This document shows, piece by piece, positions 40,757 through 48,705 of a DNA stretch of 64,000 nt. The stretch spans positions 9,556-73,555 of the IMG/VR virus record IMGVR_UViG_3300027771_000011. One strand, 5' to 3'. The notes under the pieces were generated by a model. That model made no database searches. It was not told the origin of the DNA and saw nothing but the letters and a program-made list of their open reading frames with translations. This DNA is from a virus. Every line of letters starts with the position of its first letter. Position 1 is the stretch's first letter. A program made the position numbers and the translations under genes.

Positions 40757-40819
40757 GGCCTAAATTTCTTGGACTTACTTTGGACTTACTTTGGACTTGC
40801 GTGCCACGCAGATAATACA

Positions 40820-42013
40820 TCAGGCAGACTTCTTGCTAGGGTTAAGCGCTTCGATTGATGCACGATTTAATACGTCTAGTGTGGGCGTTGCCTCCTGCCA
40901 AACAATATCTTCGTGACCTCTTCCGTAGTTCTCCGTCATCTCTAGATTAGCATGACCAGCCAACTGCTGAGGGTACTCTTTAGTTTGCTTCTGAATAAGA
41001 TATATCCCTAGCGCTCTACCTTGGTGAAATGCTGGCTGTTCATTCATTGATAGATCAGGATAAGGGTTAGCTAAGTCTCGTATCCGCTTGAACTCGTCAG
41101 ACAAATACTTCGGGTACACCTTTGTGTAGTGAACATCATCTTCTCGTCCTGCGTTGCGGAGCCTCGGCTTCCGGTGAATTAGAAATGGGCTTGCTATGTT
41201 ATCTCTGCACTGGTTTACAATAGCTCGAAGCTCTGGCGTTATCTCAATCTTGAGATAGCCCATGTCAGAATATTTCTCGGTCTTCTGCTGAATCACTTCA
41301 ATAGAAGTGTCAGTCGATTTAGGCATCCGTATATTTAATATGTCAGCTCTTCGCTGAAGTGTCGTCAGTGCCAAGTTCATCGCACATCGCAACCATAGAG
41401 GGCATTCAGGATGGTCATAGATGGCCATCCAACCCTCGAAAGTATGACGCTTCATGACACGTTTAGTTTTAACTGGCTTGGTCATATCAACAGGATTAGA
41501 ATTACCGGTGATGTAACCTTTGGTGAGAGCGTACTGCATCATCATCTTTAGGTTTTTACGCGTTGCGTTTCTTGCGTGAGGTGTACCAGAATCCTCATCA
41601 TCTTCTTCGGGGTCATAGACTAAATCAAACAGCTCGTTTATCTTCAGGAGTGTAAACTGTTCCAAGGGAAGGTCAGGCATGTATTTAATTACCTTGTTCA
41701 TCATCGTCTTCCGTTCAGCGATCAACGAGTCAGAGAAGTTGTCTATATTTTTCTCGACAACATTAAGATACTTGGCGCACAGATCTCTCAGCTTCATACG
41801 AGTGCCGATGATCGACTCTGTTAAGTCAGTGCGTACAATGAGGATAGAATTTGCTTGGTTAGCTGCACGAATTGCTTCGCCTCTGTTGGTGCCGAGTGAC
41901 ACATCTTTGCCAGCTGGTGCGTTGACGTAACGATAATAATCTGTCCCGTTGGAAGAGTTTATTTTCAGATACATTGGAAGTCCCTTAGTCTTACTTGATT
42001 GACGTTTCCTCAT
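40820..42013 (-). CDS. int: Lambda-type tyrosine integrase
   Basis: N-terminal arm-binding YYRY..P...K.VSLG; catalytic LQRRADI, QQKT, FHQGR, AGH, TENY. Confidence 0.95.
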   Translation of the reverse strand: MRKRQSSKTKGLPMYLKINSSNGTDYYRYVNAPAGKDVSLGTNRGEAIRAANQANSILIVRTDLTESIIGTRMKLRDLCAKYLNVVEKNIDNFSDSLIAERKTMMNKVIKYMPDLPLEQFTLLKINELFDLVYDPEEDDEDSGTPHARNATRKNLKMMMQYALTKGYITGNSNPVDMTKPVKTKRVMKRHTFEGWMAIYDHPECPLWLRCAMNLALTTLQRRADILNIRMPKSTDTSIEVIQQKTEKYSDMGYLKIEITPELRAIVNQCRDNIASPFLIHRKPRLRNAGREDDVHYTKVYPKYLSDEFKRIRDLANPYPDLSMNEQPAFHQGRALGIYLIQKQTKEYPQQLAGHANLEMTENYGRGHEDIVWQEATPTLDVLNRASIEALNPSKKSA

Positions 42014-42218
42014 TTCTATCTCCTAGAATAATTTTACTAAGTAAAGGATCAGCGAGTAGTGGGTCGCCAATTTTAAGATCTATGTAATATTTCCTGCCTA
42101 TTTTTTGAGCAACAAGATCACCCTTTGCAATCCATTCTAACATCACTCGTTTAGATGGAGCAGATGATGGTGTGAACCTCACTTCTCTGTACTCATCAAG
42201 CGTCATCAACTTTCTCAT
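41991..42218 (-). CDS. xis: Excisionase
   Basis: MTLDEY...PS...WI..G.L.AQKIGRKYY winged-HTH pattern; overlaps the int start. Confidence 0.8.
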   Translation of the reverse strand: MRKLMTLDEYREVRFTPSSAPSKRVMLEWIAKGDLVAQKIGRKYYIDLKIGDPLLADPLLSKIILGDRNEETSIK

Positions 42219-42369
42219 CTGAAATTTCCTCCGAACTTATTTCTGTAATTATTGTTGACGGGCTTAGACCCAGATCAACGCTGTCTTTTTTTCTCTGACC
42301 GCGATAGAACGCCTTGTCATTCTGCTCTCTGTTGATCTGATCAGCTGTTAACTTTATGATTTTTGCCAT
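42196..42369 (-). CDS. Hypothetical protein
   Basis: ORF coupled to neighbours in the left operon. Confidence 0.5.
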   Translation of the reverse strand: MAKIIKLTADQINREQNDKAFYRGQRKKDSVDLGLSPSTIITEISSEEISDEKVDDA

Positions 42370-42568
42370 GTTTTTTATCCATTGCTTGTTCAAAAGATCT
42401 AGCATTCAATTGAGACGGAGTCAGCCGTTGCGCAAGACTAACCTCACCCATCGCCACTTGCTTAATTTCTCCCCCGTCATTAAGAAACTTCTCAACATCA
42501 TCTGCAATTTTGTTTCTCAAAGTTTTCTTCTTATCTGGTGATTGGTACAAAGTGTTATCGTCTCTCAT
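42341..42568 (-). CDS. SutA-like RNA-polymerase-binding domain protein
   Basis: LRNKIADDVEKFLNDGGEIKQV resembles the SutA core (EEFL.RGG.V). Confidence 0.6.
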   Translation of the reverse strand: MRDDNTLYQSPDKKKTLRNKIADDVEKFLNDGGEIKQVAMGEVSLAQRLTPSQLNARSFEQAMDKKHGKNHKVNS

Positions 42569-42572
42569 GTGT

Positions 42573-42725
42573 CTACTCAATAAGTGTTAACAATATTTCC
42601 AAGGCTTCGATGTCTTCCTTCGACATTTGTTTGAAGCTGGTACTCGATAATATTTCTGATAGCAAATCAGATTTTTGATCTAGCAATACGATCCTTTGCT
42701 CTATCTTTTTCTTTAAATCTTTCAT
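42573..42725 (-). CDS. 50-aa hypothetical protein (not in ORF track)
   Basis: MKDLKKKIEQRIVLL...; ATGA overlap with the upstream gene. Confidence 0.5.
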   Translation of the reverse strand: MKDLKKKIEQRIVLLDQKSDLLSEILSSTSFKQMSKEDIEALEILLTLIE

Positions 42726-43036
42726 GCTAATCTCTCGTTCTCATTCAGTATGTCAATACGTGATCTAAACCACGCTCTCTTAGCACTCACACTGCGAGGG
42801 TTTCTGTTGAACATCTCTGCAAGTTTCTGATTGGAGAGTTGAATGTTTGATAGAAACTTTACACACTCTTCGTGCGTCCACTCTTTGCGTTTCTGTTTGC
42901 GAAGTCCCAGTGTGATCGCTCGTTCTCTGACACTGCGAGGATCTCTTCCTATTGACATTGCAACGTCAAAATAAGTATTCGTTTTATAATGTTCACGAAT
43001 GAACAAGTCTTCATCAGCGGTGTAATGCCTAGCCAT
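42722..43036 (-). CDS. Myb/HTH-like repeat DNA-binding protein
   Basis: YTADEDLFI...IGRDPRSV and WTHEE...FNRNPRSV repeats. Confidence 0.65.
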   Translation of the reverse strand: MARHYTADEDLFIREHYKTNTYFDVAMSIGRDPRSVRERAITLGLRKQKRKEWTHEECVKFLSNIQLSNQKLAEMFNRNPRSVSAKRAWFRSRIDILNENERLA

Positions 43037-43277
43037 AAGGTGTCCACCCAATCTTTCCAGTGATGAACGGGTTGTAGTTGCAAGGATTGATTTTTAATTC
43101 CTCTTGAGCAAGTCTCCTCTGCGTGCCACCAGTAGGATCTGTTACCCCCAATCGTGACGCCAACATCTTCACTGAGGATTCGGGTCTTTGAATCTCATCA
43201 GCAATAGATCTCACGGTCATGATGTTGTAATTCGTAGCAACAAAAGAAATTTCTGCGTCTGTCCAAAACCTACCCAT
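43029..43277 (-). CDS. Myb/HTH-like DNA-binding protein
   Basis: WTDAEISFV...IADEIQRPESSVK...RLG. Confidence 0.65.
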   Translation of the reverse strand: MGRFWTDAEISFVATNYNIMTVRSIADEIQRPESSVKMLASRLGVTDPTGGTQRRLAQEELKINPCNYNPFITGKIGWTPYG

Positions 43278-43278
43278 G

Positions 43279-43707
43279 TTATTTCTCCAACCGATAAAAA
43301 ATATGAGTGCCCACTTTGACTATTCTCTGAGTTGATTCAGACCTAGCCCACTTGGGTGAAACGTAATCCGTATGATAGTGAGTCGCCCCCTCCATAAAGT
43401 TTCTGTGATCACCTTCCATTACGTTAGACGCAAGAACTTGTGCGCTTACCCACGCGTCCATGTCTTTTGGTGAGTCATCTAATCCGTCACAAAAAAAGCT
43501 GAACTGGCACGCATGCCTGATCATTATTTTTGGATTCCATTTTTGGGTTCGGCCTTGCGTCACCACGCCACAAACTGAGTCTGGATAACGCTCATCATCG
43601 ACTCGGTTCAGAATGACGAAGGCGACCCCTAGCTGCCCGACCAATGGTTCTGATCGAGCTTCCCAGTAAATGGCAGCAGCAAGGCAAAGAACGGGGATCT
43701 CAAACAT
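43279..43707 (-). CDS. SleB-family cell wall hydrolase
   Basis: CLAAAIYWEARSE, VILNRV, PDSVCGVV, CQFSF, GATHYH, HIFY. Confidence 0.9.
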   Translation of the reverse strand: MFEIPVLCLAAAIYWEARSEPLVGQLGVAFVILNRVDDERYPDSVCGVVTQGRTQKWNPKIMIRHACQFSFFCDGLDDSPKDMDAWVSAQVLASNVMEGDHRNFMEGATHYHTDYVSPKWARSESTQRIVKVGTHIFYRLEK

Positions 43708-43712
43708 ATTTT

Positions 43713-44084
43713 TTATCCAAAAATGCGGCTGAAAATTCGGGATAAGAGGGAGTCTTCTTGTCTGTCCGGAGCGACATGCACCACCGGATTGTAAGGAGCA
43801 TTCTTTCGCAATGGTTTTGGCGCATGAGGATTTGATCCGAGATCTGATCCGTCAATAAACGCTTGGCTGTGCCGCCTTAGCTCAGCAAGAGTAGGTGACA
43901 CTCTGCGTCTTTCAAGACTCGAGTAAAGTTTAGGACAGCGCATCTCACACTCAGAGTGCAGCGCATATCTGACTCGGCCTGTTGACAATCCGACACGAGA
44001 CGCTGTTGCATTAATGGACACACCCTCGAGGGTGAGGGTAAATGCTTCAATGTTGAGGCTTGTACTTTTATATTTTCGTAGCAT
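43713..44084 (-). CDS. Hypothetical protein, possible HTH
   Basis: GVSINATASRVGLSTGRVR; AGGAG RBS. Confidence 0.55.
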   Translation of the reverse strand: MLRKYKSTSLNIEAFTLTLEGVSINATASRVGLSTGRVRYALHSECEMRCPKLYSSLERRRVSPTLAELRRHSQAFIDGSDLGSNPHAPKPLRKNAPYNPVVHVAPDRQEDSLLSRIFSRIFG

Positions 44085-44143
44085 GTTAACTCCTAGGCTT
44101 TCACCGGCCTTATGACCGGTGGTGTGTTAGTTGAGGCGACTTT

Positions 44144-44617
44144 TTAAAAAGGGATGTCATCATCAAAGTCATCATCGGCAGGTGGCTGTTGCTGCTGCTG
44201 TTGCTTTTGAGGAGCACGCTGTTGCTGAGGAGCACGCTGTTGCTGAGGAGCACGCTGTTGCTGACCACCACCACCTTCTTTGCTACCAAGCATCTGAATC
44301 TTTCCATCAAATCCATCGACAACGATGTCAGTTGAATAGCGATCTTCACCTGAGTTTTTGTCTTGGTATTTGCTTGTGACGACCTTACCCCTCACGAACA
44401 ACTTGTCGCCTGAGTTAATGTATTGAGATAAATTTTCTGCTGTCTTTCCAAAAACTGTGACGCGATGCCATTCAGTTTTTTCCTGACGCTCACCTGACGC
44501 TTTATCTTTCCACTTCTCAGATGTGGCTAAGCTAAGCTTCATAATTTTACTGCCGTTTTTTGTATCTCGAACATCGGGCTGCTGACCCACGTTACCTATC
44601 AGATTGACTTCATTCAT
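44144..44617 (-). CDS. ssb: Single-stranded DNA-binding protein
   Basis: NEVNLIGNVG, ATSEKWKDK..GE..EKTEWHRV, acidic DFDDDIPF tail. Confidence 0.97.
   Translation of the reverse strand: MNEVNLIGNVGQQPDVRDTKNGSKIMKLSLATSEKWKDKASGERQEKTEWHRVTVFGKTAENLSQYINSGDKLFVRGKVVTSKYQDKNSGEDRYSTDIVVDGFDGKIQMLGSKEGGGGQQQRAPQQQRAPQQQRAPQKQQQQQQPPADDDFDDDIPF
44208..44264. repeat. 18-bp tandem repeat, three exact copies, in the SSB linker (QQRAPQ)
   Basis: TGAGGAGCACGCTGTTGC x3. Confidence 0.95.
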
Positions 44618-44639
44618 TTGGTACTTCTCCATAATTAAA

Positions 44640-44809
44640 TTAAAGCTGGTAAGGCCAGCAAATCCTCAAGATCATGCAAGCGGAAACAGTCGCATGTTAG
44701 CTACTGAAAGACTCACACTCTTGATGCAGAGGTTTTTCAATGCGAGGCACTCACTGCTTATCCTCATGCTGCACCTATCCCCGAGGGGCCGTGTGCAGAA
44801 CGGACACAT
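44640..44809 (-). ncRNA. Candidate structured cis-RNA between yqaJ and ssb (alternatively a 45-aa Cys-rich ORF at 44672-44809)
   Basis: Several nested stems with G-U pairs only on the minus strand; see findings. Confidence 0.4.
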
Positions 44810-45703
44810 CTACTTTGTCGCTGCAACTCTAAAATAGCTGCTGCTCTTTCCGCGATACTGTTCAAGATCGACACCATCTAGTGATGGCACTTTCTTGTAA
44901 TTTATATTTCCTTTGCGCTCAGCTTGAGTGACGCGAACACCACCACCCTCACAGTCTCTGTCTCCAGAGAGATCAATGAGACGCCCACGCGCTTCGTCTA
45001 CGCGCTCTTTGGCTTCAGCCAGTAATGCGTTGGCTTCAGTCCATTCGTTTGCGACAGACGTAAACTCAGCGTCCTTGCGTTGCAGAACCCCATCACCTTT
45101 CATCTCATCACTCTTAAGCAATGCCCAGAATTCAGCCCACTTTTCCATTAGACGATTGATGTCTTCTTGGTTTCGATCAATGGTGATCTGAAGGTGCGAC
45201 TTGTCACGCGCATCGTAGATAAACAACTTGGCTTCTTTGGCATCAGCGACAAACATCTGCTGCTGAATCTGCCAATAATATTGAGGAGGGCACTCACCCT
45301 TCTCAACAAGTAGCCAAGTCTTGCTTTGCTTACCTTGGTAGGGGCACTTGATTTCAGAGACATGACCTGTACTGCCATCAAACTCCACAGATTTGCCGTC
45401 AAGAGACGCTGATAAAGGGAGGCCATTATGCTCACGGGTAACAACAACAGGGGCGTAGAACTCATCGTTGACTTTCTCTGCCGCTATACGCGCCTCGTCC
45501 TCGTGGGTGTGACCCCATTCGGTAGCGACATTGCCAACAAAAGGAATACCATTGCCTCGATACCAGTTGAGGAGGCTGTCCCAAGTATTTGGAGTGAACG
45601 TCTGAACACCCATGATTAAACCAGCAGAACTGGCATTACAGTGAACGCGTCTGTGATCCATCCATGCGTCAGTGTTCTGCTCCAGCTGGGCTAAAGAGTT
45701 CAT
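44810..45703 (-). CDS. YqaJ/lambda-exonuclease-family recombination nuclease
   Basis: Q....W...R...ASS, WGH..E..A, SASLDG, EIKCP, YYWQIQQQM. Confidence 0.92.
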   Translation of the reverse strand: MNSLAQLEQNTDAWMDHRRVHCNASSAGLIMGVQTFTPNTWDSLLNWYRGNGIPFVGNVATEWGHTHEDEARIAAEKVNDEFYAPVVVTREHNGLPLSASLDGKSVEFDGSTGHVSEIKCPYQGKQSKTWLLVEKGECPPQYYWQIQQQMFVADAKEAKLFIYDARDKSHLQITIDRNQEDINRLMEKWAEFWALLKSDEMKGDGVLQRKDAEFTSVANEWTEANALLAEAKERVDEARGRLIDLSGDRDCEGGGVRVTQAERKGNINYKKVPSLDGVDLEQYRGKSSSYFRVAATK

Positions 45704-46350
45704 GACGCCACCGCCAGCTCATCTCCGTCAGTAGGTGCAACCTTCTCAGCTACGAGTAAGGTTTTGTGCAACTTTCTAATTGCACGTTCAGCTTGCTCTG
45801 AAGTCATGTCGCTGATTGCTTTTAGCTTCAGACCTTTGGTTACGTTTGCGATGTCTACACCAGCCTCCGCTGCCATATCTTTCACAGATTTGATCTCCAA
45901 CTTGGACGCCATGCGGATCAGTTCTATAGGCTGAGCTTGTTCGCCCTCTGGATCATCGTCTGTTCTTATAGAGGCATCGTTGTCAGTCTGTGTTAGTCCC
46001 GCAATTGCACTACAGGAGTACCTGCGCAAATAAGTTATCGAGCTACCAAGACACTGTATTGCTGAGTTGCCCTTGGCCATTTCGATCTGACAAGAGACTG
46101 AATCTTTTATCCATTCTCCAGAGCTGTGTGAGAGCATGGTCGTGACACAAGCATTCGCTCCATCGTTACTGGGCGTTTGAATGAGAGCGATCTCATATTT
46201 AGGTAGCGTCTGGCGTAGCATGTCCAGAATCACACCGAGATCAGCGTAGTTATAATTGTAAGCAGCGGTGCCTTTGTATACGTTGATCATTTCGGCTTGT
46301 GCTTGAGAAAGGGCGAGGCTTATAGCCCCAATGTTTTCGGAAGTTTCCAT
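45700..46350 (-). CDS. erf: ERF-family single-strand annealing protein
   Basis: YNYADL, TMLSHSSGEWI, Q..GSSITYLRRYS. Confidence 0.92.
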   Translation of the reverse strand: METSENIGAISLALSQAQAEMINVYKGTAAYNYNYADLGVILDMLRQTLPKYEIALIQTPSNDGANACVTTMLSHSSGEWIKDSVSCQIEMAKGNSAIQCLGSSITYLRRYSCSAIAGLTQTDNDASIRTDDDPEGEQAQPIELIRMASKLEIKSVKDMAAEAGVDIANVTKGLKLKAISDMTSEQAERAIRKLHKTLLVAEKVAPTDGDELAVAS

Positions 46351-46370
46351 TGTAATACTCCTAGTTAATA

Positions 46371-46425
46371 TTTCGTAAATACGAAACGCTTAGTCAAGAA
46401 TACCATCCGAAATTAATTCCGTCAA
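46371..46425 (-). promoter_or_regulatory. PL-like promoter with a downstream TTTCG-N6-CGAAA operator
   Basis: TTGACG-17 bp-TATTCT on the minus strand; palindrome TTTCGTAAATACGAAA at 46371-46386. Confidence 0.65.
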
Positions 46426-46461
46426 TGGTAGGGTAACTTAGGCTTGTATTTCTTATAGGCG

Positions 46462-46490
46462 AAAAAAAACACCACGAAGGTGTCTTTTTA
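46462..46490 (-). terminator. Terminator, possibly bidirectional
   Basis: ACACC-ACGAA-GGTGT stem flanked by A and T runs. Confidence 0.7.
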
Positions 46491-46508
46491 TTTTGAATTA
46501 AAACCTAC

Positions 46509-46673
46509 TTAATTCTGGGGTTCATTTAGTATACGTTCAATATATCTAAGTACAGATAATTTTTGATCTACTTTTAGTCTATCGAATTTTAAAAGAATTC
46601 TTATTATTTCTTTTCTTCTTTCGTCATTCTCTGACAAATCATCAGTGGTTAATCCATTACCATCCTGAATCAT
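46509..46673 (-). CDS. 54-aa hypothetical protein (not in ORF track)
   Basis: MIQDGNGLTT...FDRLKVDQKLSVLRYIERIL*; AAGGA RBS. Confidence 0.4.
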   Translation of the reverse strand: MIQDGNGLTTDDLSENDERRKEIIRILLKFDRLKVDQKLSVLRYIERILNEPQN

Positions 46674-46740
46674 ATCACTATCCTTGGAACCATCTCTTGG
46701 CTCGTCATCTATTACTCAAATCATTCAGAATCCCTTAGAG

Positions 46741-47058
46741 TTATTGTTCATTTGTATCAGTATTTAATGCTGATATAAACTGCTTAACCATTGCTAATTG
46801 ATTGTCATTCATTCCAGACATTAACAACGAGAGTTCCTGTATCTCACTAGGCTGAGAGTTAAAAGTTAATAACTCTTCTGGCGTAGTGCCTAATTTTTTA
46901 CTCAGTTTTTCTAGTAGCTGAAGACTAAGACCTTGTTGCCCATTCTCGAACCGACAAAGATTCCCGCTGGAAGTTCCTATTTCTTTCGCTACTTCTTTTT
47001 GCTTAAGACCTTTTTCTACTCTTAGCTTTTTTGCTGTTGGCCCTATGAGTAATTTCAT
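46741..47058 (-). CDS. XRE-family HTH repressor (CI-like, no S24 peptidase domain)
   Basis: KKLRVEKGLKQKEVAKEIGTSSGNLCRFENG; AGGAG RBS. Confidence 0.85.
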   Translation of the reverse strand: MKLLIGPTAKKLRVEKGLKQKEVAKEIGTSSGNLCRFENGQQGLSLQLLEKLSKKLGTTPEELLTFNSQPSEIQELSLLMSGMNDNQLAMVKQFISALNTDTNEQ

Positions 47059-47267
47059 AACGTTCTCCTAAACATTCTCGATCAAGGGTAGACGAGGATG
47101 CCCAGTTTGTACCAAAGTTAATTTTAATAGCGGTCATAGCATCTCTTGCTGTCATTATTCTTTTATTTAAACGGCAAAGTCTAAGAAGAGATATATAGCT
47201 ATTAGATGTAATGTAATTCCATTTGGAGATACATGTTTGTTCACGACAAACCCTAAACAAGTGTGTA

Positions 47268-47531
47268 TTAAGTAAGCTCATAGAACACTCCATCATACCC
47301 TGTGGGTTTTACCTGCAACTGTATTTTTTTAAATTCTTTGCCAAGGATTTTCATTTGTGTCTCACCCTTAAACGTATCCTTAACTGCAAGATACTTAGGA
47401 CTAACATCACCCCAGTTATCCCAGTGTGTAATATGCCAAGGCCAGTTTGATCCAGATTCCATCATCCAGCCCTTATTTTTTACTGGAAATTGACCCGTAT
47501 TGTGAATGACGCGAAATGATTTATCGATCAT
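47268..47531 (-). CDS. Hypothetical Trp-rich protein in the immunity region
   Basis: AGGAGG RBS before MIDKSFRV. Confidence 0.6.
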   Translation of the reverse strand: MIDKSFRVIHNTGQFPVKNKGWMMESGSNWPWHITHWDNWGDVSPKYLAVKDTFKGETQMKILGKEFKKIQLQVKPTGYDGVFYELT

Positions 47532-47554
47532 CTTTATTCCTCCTATAATTAAAT

Positions 47555-47594
47555 ATATCTGCGTGCTACGCATAATATCTGCGTGCTACGCATA
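47555..47594. promoter_or_regulatory. Exact 20-bp tandem duplication carrying two 17-bp operators
   Basis: ATATCTGCGTGCTACGCATA x2, downstream of a minus-strand TTGAAC-17 bp-TAGGTT promoter candidate. Confidence 0.75.
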
Positions 47595-47669
47595 ACCTAC
47601 ATCAGAACGTGATTACGTTCAATCTTATTACGAAATTAATTCTGCTTTACTTTTTTCCTCCCTAGGTAG

Positions 47670-47739
47670 TTTCGTGTAATCGAAATTAATACTTGACATA
47701 ACTCTGCGTGACTCTCAGAATACTTTCGCGCACACGAAC
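47670..47739 (+). promoter_or_regulatory. PR-like promoter with two operator types
   Basis: TTGACA(47693)-17 bp-CAGAAT; TCTGCGTGACTCTCAGA at 47703-47719; TTTCG-N6-CGAA at 47670-47685 and 47724-47739. Confidence 0.75.
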
Positions 47740-47759
47740 TTTAATCTAGGAGTTACACT

Positions 47760-47981
47760 ATGAATAAAAATACACCCTTACGGAACATACGAACACTGAA
47801 AGGCTACAGCCTTCAGCATGTGTGCTCACATGTACATATGGATAACGGGCATTTATCACGCATTGAGCGTGGAGAAAAAACTTCCACTGAAGTAGCTGAG
47901 AAACTTAGTGTCTTTTTTAAGAATGAAATATCTGAGATCGAGATTCTTTATCCAGAACGCTACATTACTAATGAAGAGTAG
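47760..47981 (+). CDS. Cro-like HTH regulator
   Basis: TPLRNIR..KGYSL..V......GHLSRIERG...EIEILYPERY; divergent from the repressor. Confidence 0.85.
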   Translation: MNKNTPLRNIRTLKGYSLQHVCSHVHMDNGHLSRIERGEKTSTEVAEKLSVFFKNEISEIEILYPERYITNEE

Positions 47982-47988
47982 GGGATCC

Positions 47989-48705
47989 ATGATGATGACA
48001 TTAAAACAATGGCGTCATGGGATTGTTAATTCAGATCTCCAAGCCAGCACTCGTCTTGTACTTCACACCCTATCGCATTACATGGACTCAGCAACTTGCG
48101 TTTGTAATATTTCCCGTTCCAAGTTAATAGAATCCACATCACTGTCTCGCACTAGCGTACTGGCACATCTTAATCTTGCAGAAAAAACAGGTTGGATAAT
48201 TAGAACTAAACCAATAGTAGGATCATGGGGTGGAAACAATTACTCCGCAAAGATTCCTGACGAAACTTACGATGAGCCTGTTAAGGCAGTGGTTAAAGCA
48301 GAACCTGTACAAGTAGTTGAACATGTAATTGATCCTCCACATGGATCTGTTATCTCAAAGCGTGTGTCTAACACTTGGAAGTGGGGGACGGCAGCTGATC
48401 TTAAAGTGGCTGAGTACATATACGGATGTCTCAAGAGGATCGACAACCGAGCAAAGCAACCTAACATGGTCATGTGGGCTAACGATGTACGACTCATGCG
48501 AGTCCATGATGAACGAACCCCTCGTGAAATTTGTGAAGTATTTAAGTGGGCCAACGAAGATTCATTCTGGCAATCAAATATTTTAAGTCCATCAAAACTA
48601 AGAGAAAAATATACTGCTTTGCACACAAAAATGAATGCAGAAGCACCGATTGCATCAGGTAGATTGCGCAAAACAAAAGGGAATATAACAGGAGTTGTTC
48701 TATGA
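47989..48705 (+). CDS. Replication initiator (lambda O-like)
   Basis: N-terminal wHTH; C-terminal WANDVRLMR...FKWANEDSFWQSNILSPSKLREK. Confidence 0.8.
   Translation: MMMTLKQWRHGIVNSDLQASTRLVLHTLSHYMDSATCVCNISRSKLIESTSLSRTSVLAHLNLAEKTGWIIRTKPIVGSWGGNNYSAKIPDETYDEPVKAVVKAEPVQVVEHVIDPPHGSVISKRVSNTWKWGTAADLKVAEYIYGCLKRIDNRAKQPNMVMWANDVRLMRVHDERTPREICEVFKWANEDSFWQSNILSPSKLREKYTALHTKMNAEAPIASGRLRKTKGNITGVVL

Larger units (their letters stand above)
40541..40800. mobile_element. attP: attP site: core, IHF sites and arm-type repeats
   Basis: (T)TTGGACTT(A/G)C at 40541 and three times in tandem at 40768-40800; WATCARNNNNTTR IHF matches at 40639-40651 and 40728-40740; next to the 3' end of int. Confidence 0.85.

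Noticed and set aside
43118-43134. Extra operator-like site TCTGCGTGCCACCAGTA (also a half-site near 26888)
   Set aside because: Inside coding sequence with a poor right half; compatible with chance.
47003-47296. 97-aa minus-strand ORF in the immunity region
   Set aside because: Overlaps both neighbours and has no clear RBS; more likely the repressor leader or promoter region.
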